Below, one piece after another: positions 8,324 through 15,836 of a stretch of 37,030 nt of DNA. The stretch spans positions 1-37,030 of the forward strand of contig CAZNIM010000004.1 in NCBI GenBank assembly GCA_964573145.1, written 5' to 3'. The notes below the pieces were generated by a model, which saw only the letters and a list, made by a program, of their open reading frames with translations, did not search any database and was not told the origin of the DNA. Position numbers and translations under genes: made by a program. Within the stretch, counting starts at the first letter, position 1. Each line of letters begins with the position of its first letter. The stretch is from an uncultured Candidatus Saccharibacteria bacterium (GTDB taxonomy: Bacteria; Patescibacteriota; Minisyncoccia; Minisyncoccales; PWPS01).

Positions 8324-9553
8324 ATGGATAAATACAATATAAAAACTTACGGCTGTAAGCTCAACAGAGCCGATTCCAATAAGATAAAAAAAGAGGCGGA
8401 TAAATTCCTGACCCGGTCATCGGAAAAGGATGCCGATTTAATAATCATAAACAGTTGCGGAGTTATAGATAAAACCGAAAGAAAAATAATTAAAGAGATT
8501 GAGCGACTTAAAGGTGGCGGCAAAAAAGTCATCGTCCTCGGATGTCTTCCTTACATGACTAAAAAATTGACTGCGGCGGATATGGTAATTGAAGGCAATA
8601 ATTCGAATAAGCTGATCGAAGCTCTAAGCGAGATGGGCCTCGAAAGAAAAAGGGCAATTGAAAAGGGGGAGGAAAAGGAAAGATCAACTAAAATTATTTC
8701 GATATCCGAGGGTTGTTTGGGCAGCTGCACCTACTGCGGGGCGAAGCTCGCTCGTGGAGAACTGAAAAGTTATCCCCGGGATGAAATAATTCGAAAAAGC
8801 GAACAGGCGATTAAATCGGGAATAAAAGAGATTCAATTAACCTCACAAGATTTGGGGATTTACGGAATGGATCAAGGAGAAAATCAATTAATCGATCTAC
8901 TTACCGATTTGATTTCAATTGAGGGAAGTTTTAAAATTAAATTGGGGATGATGAATCCGGGCTTTATAAAACCCTTTACCGACCGACTTTTAAAGCTTTT
9001 TTCAAGCGATAAATTATATAATTTTTTACATCTGCCAGTTCAGTCGGGAAGTGAAAAAATTTTAAAGGATATGAAGAGAGGGCATACCGTTTCCGACTTT
9101 ACGGGAATTATAAATAAAGCTAAAAGAAGTGGAGAGTTTTTAATAGCTACCGACATTATAGTCGGATACCCGACCGAAACTGAAGTGGATTTCAAAAAAA
9201 GCTTAAAGCTTATCGAGAAAACGAGACCACAGATAGTCAATATTACCAGATATTCGGAAAGAAGAGGCACCGAAGCGGAAAAGCTCAAAGATCTACCTTC
9301 GAGAATTAAAAAAGAACGTTCTCGAAAGTTGACTGAACTGACCAAACAGATCAGAATCGAGAAAAATCGAAAAATGGTCGGAAAAAGAGAGTCCGTTCTG
9401 GTCATCAGAAAAGGAAAGGGTAAAACCTTTTTAACCAGAACCGCTACCGGAAAAGCGGTGATAATAAAAAACGGAGTTCCGGGCCGAGTTGAAGAAGTGG
9501 AGATTGTCGATTTTAAACATAATTATCTAATAGGAAAAAATGTGGAATCCTGA
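8324..9553 (+). CDS. Radical-SAM methylthiotransferase, MiaB/MtaB/RimO family, with a C-terminal TRAM-like domain
   Basis: Three cysteines in the N-terminal domain (TYGCKLN, INSCGV, VLGCLP). Radical-SAM motif CLGSCTYCGAKLARG. Also LTSQDLGIYGMD. 409 aa. The subfamily cannot be resolved by eye. Confidence 0.85.
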   Translation: MDKYNIKTYGCKLNRADSNKIKKEADKFLTRSSEKDADLIIINSCGVIDKTERKIIKEIERLKGGGKKVIVLGCLPYMTKKLTAADMVIEGNNSNKLIEALSEMGLERKRAIEKGEEKERSTKIISISEGCLGSCTYCGAKLARGELKSYPRDEIIRKSEQAIKSGIKEIQLTSQDLGIYGMDQGENQLIDLLTDLISIEGSFKIKLGMMNPGFIKPFTDRLLKLFSSDKLYNFLHLPVQSGSEKILKDMKRGHTVSDFTGIINKAKRSGEFLIATDIIVGYPTETEVDFKKSLKLIEKTRPQIVNITRYSERRGTEAEKLKDLPSRIKKERSRKLTELTKQIRIEKNRKMVGKRESVLVIRKGKGKTFLTRTATGKAVIIKNGVPGRVEEVEIVDFKHNYLIGKNVES

Positions 9554-10463
9554 GTCCATGGAAAGCTTCCGTCGAATCAATACGGATCAAGCGATAAAAG
9601 AGATATTAAATACGGGAGAGATCGATCATCAACCGATTGATAAATTCAAGAGTTTGGAGAGTTATGACTCCCGAGAGATTGAAGATGACAAGATTCTGGT
9701 TCAAGAAGCTCGTGAAAGATTTGAAAATTATGAGAAAAGAATGGCTCACGACAAAAGAGAGAATTTGGAAAAGGGTAAAGAGAGAGGAGAGGCGATGGAG
9801 ATCGTCTTAACTCATCTTTTTGATCTTTGGTTTGAAACCGACCAAGTTGAAGCCAAGGTTCAACGAACCACCGAATTCGACGATATTATCAACGGCACCG
9901 ACATGGTTGCCGAATTTAAAAAGGATGAAGAAGTTGAAGAGCTGGCAATGGCTATCGATGCCTCTTTAAATATACGAGCGATGGAACATAAGCTGGAAAA
10001 ATGCTACGAGAAAATGACCGGAAAGGAAGAAGATTTTAAAGTAAAATACTTTCAGTCTCGCTTTGAAGACGCCTCCGGTAGATATCCGGAAGGACCTCTC
10101 GAGGAGATAGTCTCAATAGTAGTCGGCTTGGGTTATAAAAATGCCGATGATCTTTTTGAGTCCTTCGGCGATTATCTTTCAACCAAAAAGAAAGAGTCCG
10201 TCTCCGCGGAAATAAAATTACAAAGATTGTCCACCGATCCGGTATCGAAGATAATTCTTAAGCAAATTGAACTTCAAGTAAATTTTTATCTTGATCATCA
10301 AGAATTTTTAAGAGAAGGAGTTATTGACAAATTGGAAAAAATTAATAAAATTATCGAGGATATTTCGGAGAACAAAAAAGATGTAGTAACCGACTTCATG
10401 ATGGATGAGGATCAAGCCTTGGAAGAAGTGCGAAGATTTACAAATAGAGTAAGGGGGAATTGA
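9540..10463 (+). CDS. Hypothetical protein, acidic and predicted mostly helical, no recognised family
   Basis: 307-aa ORF overlapping the upstream stop by 14 nt. An alternative in-frame ATG lies at 9558. Coding is supported by its length and its position in the operon. It contains a DD-x9-ExK-like stretch (TEFDDIINGTDMVAEFKK), but this is not diagnostic. Confidence 0.6.
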   Translation: MWNPESMESFRRINTDQAIKEILNTGEIDHQPIDKFKSLESYDSREIEDDKILVQEARERFENYEKRMAHDKRENLEKGKERGEAMEIVLTHLFDLWFETDQVEAKVQRTTEFDDIINGTDMVAEFKKDEEVEELAMAIDASLNIRAMEHKLEKCYEKMTGKEEDFKVKYFQSRFEDASGRYPEGPLEEIVSIVVGLGYKNADDLFESFGDYLSTKKKESVSAEIKLQRLSTDPVSKIILKQIELQVNFYLDHQEFLREGVIDKLEKINKIIEDISENKKDVVTDFMMDEDQALEEVRRFTNRVRGN

Positions 10464-10464
10464 A

Positions 10465-10620
10465 ATGGGAGATTGGAGACACTTAACTGAAAAAGAGATC
10501 GATCTTTTAACTCGTAAGGAAGCCGATTCCAAATTGATCCGTTGGGCTGACTACCATCTTAAAAAAGAAGGCCATTTTTGTAAAAAGTGTAAAAAATTAA
10601 TGACCAGAAAACCCGAATAA
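10465..10620 (+). CDS. Small basic ORF (51 aa) with an H-x6-H-x-C-x2-C motif
   Basis: It falls below the ORF-track cutoff. The ATG lies 1 nt after the upstream TGA, with AAGGGGG 7 nt upstream. Translation: MGDWRHLTEKEIDLLTRKEADSKLIRWADYHLKKEGHFCKKCKKLMTRKPE. The stop sits in the loop of a strong terminator. Confidence 0.4.
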   Translation: MGDWRHLTEKEIDLLTRKEADSKLIRWADYHLKKEGHFCKKCKKLMTRKPE

Positions 10621-10636
10621 AGCGGGTTTTCTTTTT
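10607..10636 (+). terminator. Rho-independent terminator
   Basis: Perfect 9-bp stem GAAAACCCG / CGGGTTTTC, a 7-nt loop, then T5. Confidence 0.75.
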
Positions 10637-10674
10637 GAATAAATAAACTTAATGTGCTATTCTAATAGAAGTTT

Positions 10675-11838
10675 ATGATCAAAAAAATACAACAGATATT
10701 AAGCGTTCTCATTCTGGTCGCTCTTATCTTCGGAGTAGGTTATTATCTGGGTCTCGAAGAGGCCGATATGAGAACCGCTCCGGATGAAATCGACTTTTCT
10801 CTCTTTTGGGAAGCTTACAATAATCTGGAAAGGCATTATGTCGATCCCGAAAAAATAACTGAAGAGAGGATAGTCCACGGAGCAATCAGAGGAATGCTCG
10901 AATCACTCGACGATCCTTATACCGGCTTTTTCGACAGTGAAGAGAGTAGGGAGTTTTTGGAAAGTGTTTCCGGATATTATGAAGGAATCGGACTGGAGGT
11001 CGGTCTTAGAGATGGAGATATCAAAGTTATTTCTCCGATCGAAGGAACACCGGCTTCTCGAGCGGGTATAAAAGCCGGAGATGTTATCTTGGAAATAGAC
11101 GGGCGTTCAACAACCGATATGAGCCTGGAGAGGGCGGTCGATCTGATGCGCGGGAAGCAGGGAACGGAAGTTACTTTGCTTATCGGAAGAAACAGAACCA
11201 CTCACGAAGTCGATCTGGTCAGGGACACGATACAAATTCCTTCGGTTGATTGGGAGCTTCTGGAAGAAGATATAGCCTATTTAAAGATTCATTATTTTCA
11301 CAACGACCTTTTAACCGAATTCAATCAAATAGTTCCCGAAATAACATCTTCTCCGGCCGACAAAATGATTATTGATTTAAGAAATAACCCCGGCGGTTCT
11401 TTGGAATCGGCGCTCGAAATTGCCGATTACTTTCTTAGTCGCGGTGATGTGATCGTTGAAAGTAGAGGGGTTAGTGGAAACTCTTTGGAAAGCTATGAGG
11501 CTCGCGGATCATCGATAACTTTTGACTATGATTTGGTTATACTTTTGAACCAAGGTTCGGCTTCGGCTTCCGAGATTTTGGCCGGTGCACTGACTTATCA
11601 TCGAGATGCTCTCGTTGTCGGAGAAAAGTCTTTCGGAAAGGGGTCAATTCAAAGACTTATTAATTTATCCGATATGTCCAATTTGAAAGTAACCGTTTCC
11701 AACTGGGTCACTCCCGACGGAAATCTGATAACCGACAAGGGAATCGACCCGGACTATCCGGTCGAAATAACGGCCGAAGATATCGAAGCCGATTACGATC
11801 CTCAACTTGAAAAAGCAATTGAAGTAATTAAACGCTAA
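10675..11838 (+). CDS. ctpA: Carboxy-terminal processing protease (peptidase S41) with a PDZ domain
   Basis: N-terminal TM anchor. PDZ region GLEVGLRDGDIKVISPIEGTPASRAGIKAGDVILEIDG. S41 catalytic region NQGSASASEILAGAL ... FGKGSIQ. Confidence 0.9.
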   Translation: MIKKIQQILSVLILVALIFGVGYYLGLEEADMRTAPDEIDFSLFWEAYNNLERHYVDPEKITEERIVHGAIRGMLESLDDPYTGFFDSEESREFLESVSGYYEGIGLEVGLRDGDIKVISPIEGTPASRAGIKAGDVILEIDGRSTTDMSLERAVDLMRGKQGTEVTLLIGRNRTTHEVDLVRDTIQIPSVDWELLEEDIAYLKIHYFHNDLLTEFNQIVPEITSSPADKMIIDLRNNPGGSLESALEIADYFLSRGDVIVESRGVSGNSLESYEARGSSITFDYDLVILLNQGSASASEILAGALTYHRDALVVGEKSFGKGSIQRLINLSDMSNLKVTVSNWVTPDGNLITDKGIDPDYPVEITAEDIEADYDPQLEKAIEVIKR

Positions 11839-11843
11839 AAAAT

Positions 11844-12287
11844 ATGAAAGTTATTCTACTTGAAAATATAAAGAAATTGGGAAAGAAATACGAAGTTGTC
11901 GAGGTAGCCGACGGCTACGCCAGAAACTATCTACTTCCGGAAGAAAAAGCGGAGATGGCAACTGAAAAAAACCTTAACAAGCTTGAACAACTGAAAAAAA
12001 GAGAGGAGATCGAAGTCAAAAAAGAAAAGTCCGAAATTGAAGACTTAATTTCTCAAATCGAAGGAAAAGAATTCGTCATAAAGATGAAAGTCGGAGAAAA
12101 AGATCAGCTCTTTGAAGCGGTTACCGCTGAAAAAATAAGTGAGAAGCTGAAAGAGGAAGGTTTTGAAATCGACCCGCAATCGATCAATTTGGAAGCTCCG
12201 ATTAAAAAACTGGCCGAAGAAGAGGTCGGTTTGGAGTTCGATTACGACTTAAGTAGTAATATTAAAATAAAAATTGAAAAAGAATAA
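11844..12287 (+). CDS. rplI: 50S ribosomal protein L9
   Basis: MKVILLENIKKLGKKYEVVEVADGYARNYLLP is the typical L9 N-terminus. 147 aa. Confidence 0.9.
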   Translation: MKVILLENIKKLGKKYEVVEVADGYARNYLLPEEKAEMATEKNLNKLEQLKKREEIEVKKEKSEIEDLISQIEGKEFVIKMKVGEKDQLFEAVTAEKISEKLKEEGFEIDPQSINLEAPIKKLAEEEVGLEFDYDLSSNIKIKIEKE

Positions 12288-13892
12288 ATGAGAAGATATA
12301 TCTTCGTCGCCGGTGGAGTGATGTCCGGTATCGGAAAAGGAGTCGCTACCGCCTCAATAGGAAGACTTCTACAAAGTAAAGGATACAGTGTTTCGGCGGT
12401 AAAGATAGACCCTTACGTCAATGTCGATGCGGGAACGATGAATCCGATTGAGCACGGAGAAGTCTTTGTTACTCGTGACGGTGGTGAATGTGATCAGGAT
12501 ATCGGTAATTATGAACGTTTTTTGGAAAAAGAGTTCACCAAGAAAAACTATATAACCACGGGTAAAGTTTACAAATCGGTAATTGAAAAAGAGAGAAATT
12601 TGGAATATGACGGTCGTTGCGTGGAAGTGGTTCCCGATATTCCCAACGAAACAATTGAAAGAATTGAGACCGCAGCCGAAGAGGATGATGCCGACTTTAC
12701 GATGATTGAGATCGGAGGAACTATCGGGGAGTATCAAAACCTTCTCTTCTTGGAAGCCGCACGAATGATGAAATTAAAGCACCCTGATCGGGTTCTTTTT
12801 GTTTTGGTAAGTTATTTACCGACACCGAAGACAATAGGGGAGATGAAGACCAAACCGACTCAAAACGCAAGTCGCAGACTCAACGAAGCCGGAATTCAAC
12901 CCGACTTGATCCTGGGAAGAGCTGCCACTCCTCTCGATGACCCGAGAAGAAGGAAGATATCCAACTTTTGTAATATCGAAAGTGATTATGTTGTTTCCGC
13001 ACCGGACGTCGATTCGATATACGACGTTCCTTTGAATTTCGAAAAAGAAAATCTGGGAGATAAAATTCTACAAAAATTCAACCTCAAGCCGAAAAACGGA
13101 AATTTATCCGACTGGAAAGAAAGAGTTAACTCAAAAGAAGAAGGAGTCGTAAAAATAGGTATAGTCGGAAAATATTTTAAAACCGGAAAGTTTACTCTGA
13201 CCGACTCTTATATATCGGTAATAGAAGCGGTAAAACACGCTTGCTGGGAAGAGAATCTAAAGCCGGAAATAAGTTGGATTTTTGCCGAAAAGTTTGAAGG
13301 TGAAACTCCGGATCTCGATTACGACGGAATTATTGCTCCCGGAGGATTCGGAAGTAGGGGAGTTGAAGGAAAAATAAAGGTAATTCAACATTGCAGAGAA
13401 AATAAGATTCCTTTTTTCGGACTTTGTTTGGGAATGCAACTTGCAGTAATTGAATTTTCCAGAAATGTTTGTGCTTTAAAAAACGCAAACTCTGCTGAAT
13501 TTGATGAAAGTTGTCAACACCCGGTAATCGCCATGATGGAAGAGCAGAAAAAGCTAATTAAAAACAGATCTTTCGGTGGAACGATGAGATTGGGGGATTA
13601 TACTTGTAAGTTAAAAAAAGAAACCGTTTCATTTACGGCTTACGAAAAAAGAGAGATAATCGAACGTCATCGCCATCGTTATGAAGTCAATAACGATTAT
13701 CTTCAAAAATTAGAAAAAAACGGCCTTACTGTGGCCGGTAAAAATCCGGAGAGCGGATTAGTGGAAATTATTGAAATTGAGGATCACCCGTTTTTCGTAG
13801 GTGTTCAGTTTCATCCCGAATTCAAATCCGGTCCGATGAACCCTCATCCCTTATTTAAAAAATTCGTTCAATCCTTAAAGAACGTTGACTAA
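12288..13892 (+). CDS. pyrG: CTP synthase
   Basis: N-terminus [15 protein letters not shown], glutaminase domain GLCLGMQ and HRHRYEVN. 534 aa. The start directly abuts the rplI stop. Confidence 0.97.
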   Translation: MRRYIFVAGGVMSGIGKGVATASIGRLLQSKGYSVSAVKIDPYVNVDAGTMNPIEHGEVFVTRDGGECDQDIGNYERFLEKEFTKKNYITTGKVYKSVIEKERNLEYDGRCVEVVPDIPNETIERIETAAEEDDADFTMIEIGGTIGEYQNLLFLEAARMMKLKHPDRVLFVLVSYLPTPKTIGEMKTKPTQNASRRLNEAGIQPDLILGRAATPLDDPRRRKISNFCNIESDYVVSAPDVDSIYDVPLNFEKENLGDKILQKFNLKPKNGNLSDWKERVNSKEEGVVKIGIVGKYFKTGKFTLTDSYISVIEAVKHACWEENLKPEISWIFAEKFEGETPDLDYDGIIAPGGFGSRGVEGKIKVIQHCRENKIPFFGLCLGMQLAVIEFSRNVCALKNANSAEFDESCQHPVIAMMEEQKKLIKNRSFGGTMRLGDYTCKLKKETVSFTAYEKREIIERHRHRYEVNNDYLQKLEKNGLTVAGKNPESGLVEIIEIEDHPFFVGVQFHPEFKSGPMNPHPLFKKFVQSLKNVD

Positions 13893-14147
13893 TTTAATCT
13901 TCTTCTTTTTTCCGTCAAATCCGGTTTTTCTTTTTGTTTGAAACTCCACGATTCCTTCCTTGGCTGCATAAAGAGTATCGTCCGATCCCTTTTTTACATT
14001 TTTTCCGGGGAAGAATTTAGTGCCGCGCTGTCTAACTATTACCGCTCCGGCCTTCGCGGTTTGACCACCGAAAAGTTTAACCCCCAGATACTTGGGTTTT
14101 GAGTCTCTTCCTAATCGTGTTGTTCCGGATGATTTTGTTGTTGCCAT
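13875..14147 (-). CDS. rpmA: 50S ribosomal protein L27
   Basis: [39 protein letters not shown] matches the L27 core. 90 aa. The 3' end overlaps the pyrG 3' end by 18 nt in convergent orientation. Confidence 0.93.
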   Translation of the reverse strand: MATTKSSGTTRLGRDSKPKYLGVKLFGGQTAKAGAVIVRQRGTKFFPGKNVKKGSDDTLYAAKEGIVEFQTKRKTGFDGKKKKIKLVNVL

Positions 14148-14177
14148 GACTTGTTCTAAGTTAAAAGACTACGCCTT

Positions 14178-14206
14178 ATATTAACAGAAAGAATGAGTAT
14201 TGTCAA
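14178..14206 (-). promoter_or_regulatory. Sigma-70-type promoter for rpmA
   Basis: On the minus strand: TTGACA (14206-14201), a 17-nt spacer, then TAATAT (14183-14178). This is about 30 nt upstream of the rpmA ATG. Confidence 0.55.
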
Positions 14207-14339
14207 TAAAAAAAATTTACTTTCTCTCTTGATAATTATTTTCAGCATAACGCTGATCTATTTGATATTTACGATTATTGAAAAAAGTGATCGCCGCCCC
14301 TTGGAGATCGAAGATCCTCCCGTTGCGTTTTTAACTTAA
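14193..14339 (+). CDS. Possible 48-aa single-pass membrane peptide (weak)
   Basis: MSIVNKKNLLSLLIIIFSITLIYLIFTIIEKSDRRPLEIEDPPVAFLT. No SD is evident. Its start overlaps the rpmA promoter on the other strand. It may be a chance ORF in AT-rich spacer DNA. Confidence 0.2.
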   Translation: MSIVNKKNLLSLLIIIFSITLIYLIFTIIEKSDRRPLEIEDPPVAFLT

Positions 14340-14359
14340 AATAATTTTTTTTAACTTAA
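14328..14359. repeat. 12-nt direct repeat TTTTTAACTTAA, two copies
   Basis: Copies at 14328-14339 and 14348-14359, a 20-nt period. They lie in the largest non-coding gap, downstream of the recombinase gene. Confidence 0.6.
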
Positions 14360-14384
14360 GAGCCTTTCAGAGCGCCATAGAGCG
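14359..14384. repeat. Three AGAGC(G) motifs at exact 10-bp phasing
   Basis: AGAGC starts at 14359, 14369 and 14379. The last two copies read AGAGCG. A T6 run follows. Confidence 0.5.
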
Positions 14385-14416
14385 TTTTTTATTACTTTTA
14401 TGTCTTATGGGTCGCA

Positions 14417-15379
14417 TTACAGAGAGTCATCTTCAAGATTTTGACCCGAATGATGCTTTTTGTGGATTTCTCGTAACTTTTTGCTGGTTATGTGAGTGTA
14501 AACCTGAGTGGTAGCAATATTTTTGTGTCCTAAAAATTCTTGAATCGCTCTCAAGTCAACACCTTGCGCCAAAAGATCGGTTGCATAGCTGTGACGCAAA
14601 GTATGAGGAGTGGTTTCCTTGGGAAGTCCCGTTTTCTTAACATATTTCTTAACGATATTTTCAATCGACCGAGTCGTCAACCTGAAATCACTTTCCTTGG
14701 GTCCTCGATAGCGGATAAAGAGCGCCTCCTTATCATCGTCTCTGGTTTCTAAATATTTTCTTAAAAAGCGAACTGCGCGAGGAGAGAAATAGACCGTTCT
14801 GGTTCGATCTCCCTTACCGGTTATAACCACCTCCAAATCTTCGGTTTCTTCCTTAATATTTATCTGATCTCTGTCCAAAGAAACCAATTCGGCAACCCTG
14901 AGACCGGTTGAAAAAAGAGTTTCCAAAATCGCTTTATCCCGTATTCCGGTTACTTTTTTTAAATCGGGAGCACTCAAGAGCTTTTTTATCTGATCCAAGT
15001 TTAAAAACTTCAAAGAATCATCTTCTTTTTCCTTGGCCAACTTAATTTTATCGGAAGGCAATGACTCTATGTCTCGGTCGGCAAAGAAATTAAGTAAATT
15101 CCTGAGCGCAATCAGGTAATAATTACGGGTTTTCTTGCTGATCGGCTCTCCTTTATAATTTCTTCTTTTGGAAAGATGAACTCGATAATCCCATATATGA
15201 CGATCCGAGAGTTGGTGAGGTTTAAGATCGGAATTTCCGGAAAGATCGAGCCATTCGGAAAAACGGGCCAGAAAGCGTCCGTAGGCTTCTTGCGATCCAG
15301 GAGCGAGTCCTTTCTCTATGTCGAGATACTCAAAAAACTCTTCAAAATAATCCTTTATCGCTTTTTCTGATTTTTTCAT
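14417..15379 (-). CDS. Xer-type tyrosine site-specific recombinase (XerC/XerD family)
   Basis: The C-terminal catalytic region HTLRHSYATDLLAQGVDLRAIQEFLGHKNIATTQVYTHI carries HxxR, H and the Tyr nucleophile. There is also GLRVAELVSL and an N-terminal SAM-like core-binding domain. 320 aa. Confidence 0.9.
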   Translation of the reverse strand: MKKSEKAIKDYFEEFFEYLDIEKGLAPGSQEAYGRFLARFSEWLDLSGNSDLKPHQLSDRHIWDYRVHLSKRRNYKGEPISKKTRNYYLIALRNLLNFFADRDIESLPSDKIKLAKEKEDDSLKFLNLDQIKKLLSAPDLKKVTGIRDKAILETLFSTGLRVAELVSLDRDQINIKEETEDLEVVITGKGDRTRTVYFSPRAVRFLRKYLETRDDDKEALFIRYRGPKESDFRLTTRSIENIVKKYVKKTGLPKETTPHTLRHSYATDLLAQGVDLRAIQEFLGHKNIATTQVYTHITSKKLREIHKKHHSGQNLEDDSL

Positions 15380-15410
15380 AGAGTAGAGGTGGTGAGTTAA
15401 AGCTTTATAT

Positions 15411-15444
15411 TAAACTTCGGTAAAGTTACCTTATGCGAAGTTTA
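15411..15444 (-). other. 9-bp hairpin in the recombinase 5' leader
   Basis: TAAACTTCG (15411-15419) pairs with CGAAGTTTA (15436-15444) across a 16-nt loop. The loop holds a nested GGTAA/TTACC pairing. The hairpin lies between the predicted promoter and the ATG. Confidence 0.4.
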
Positions 15445-15456
15445 TTATTTTATACA

Positions 15457-15485
15457 ATTATAGGAAAGCTTCACTTCCCTGTCAA
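15457..15485 (-). promoter_or_regulatory. Consensus sigma-70 promoter for the recombinase gene
   Basis: On the minus strand: TTGACA (15485-15480), a 17-nt spacer, then TATAAT (15462-15457). Both hexamers match the consensus perfectly. The resulting leader is about 70 nt. Confidence 0.6.
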
Positions 15486-15527
15486 AGAATCGCATTTATC
15501 TTTTAAATGCAAAGGCTACAAAAAAAG

Positions 15528-15836
15528 CTAAAACTGAAAAATATTATCTATCGACTCTCTGATCGATTCAAAAACTTCATCGATAAAATCAAAAATAATT
15601 TTTCTGATTCTGGAAAAGAGATTGTCTCTTCGTCTCTCAACTTCTTCTTCAATTATTCTTTGTCGCTTTTCAACCTCTTCGGTCGCCAAATCACTGAAGT
15701 CCTCCATCCTCTCCATTATAATTTCCGAAAAGCCGATTCCGTCATTAGTCATTAAACTATCCCTTTCGGCTGATCCGAAGACGGAGGCCGGTGTAATAGC
15801 GACGGACAATATTAAAAGAAGGTAAAATATCTTCAT
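15528..15836 (-). CDS. Small secreted or anchored acidic helical protein, unknown function
   Basis: 102 aa. Signal-peptide-like N-terminus MKIFYLLLILSVAITPASVFGSA, followed by charged helical sequence. The start overlaps the gltX stop by 4 nt (ATGA). Confidence 0.5.
   Translation of the reverse strand: MKIFYLLLILSVAITPASVFGSAERDSLMTNDGIGFSEIIMERMEDFSDLATEEVEKRQRIIEEEVERRRDNLFSRIRKIIFDFIDEVFESIRESIDNIFQF

Noticed and set aside
15439-15468. Possible dif-like Xer recombination site next to the recombinase gene. The minus-strand sequence CTTTCCTATAATTGTATAAAATAATAAACT resembles the B. subtilis dif ACTTCCTAGAATATATATTATGTAAACT at both ends (TTCCTA.AAT and AAACT).
   Set aside because: The most conserved XerD-arm core, TTATGT, is missing. 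The element would be 30 nt rather than 28 nt. The region is AT-rich, so chance matches are likely. The matching left part is fully explained as the TATAAT -10 box of the recombinase promoter. A genome-wide dif search with a proper profile would settle this.
15492-15510. Hairpin GCATTTA-TCTTT-TAAATGC downstream of the small secreted ORF, as a possible terminator of the long minus-strand unit.
   Set aside because: The stem is 7 bp and AT-rich with only a weak U-tract (GAUUCUUU). That is too weak to call. It may still contribute to termination ahead of the recombinase promoter.
15433-15531. 32-codon plus-strand ORF (MRSLLFYTIIGKLHFPVKESHLSFKCKGYKKS) in the gap between the recombinase gene and the small secreted ORF.
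   Set aside because: It overlaps the consensus promoter and leader hairpin of the recombinase gene on the other strand. It has no SD, and its stop runs into the neighbouring gene. It is most likely a chance ORF.
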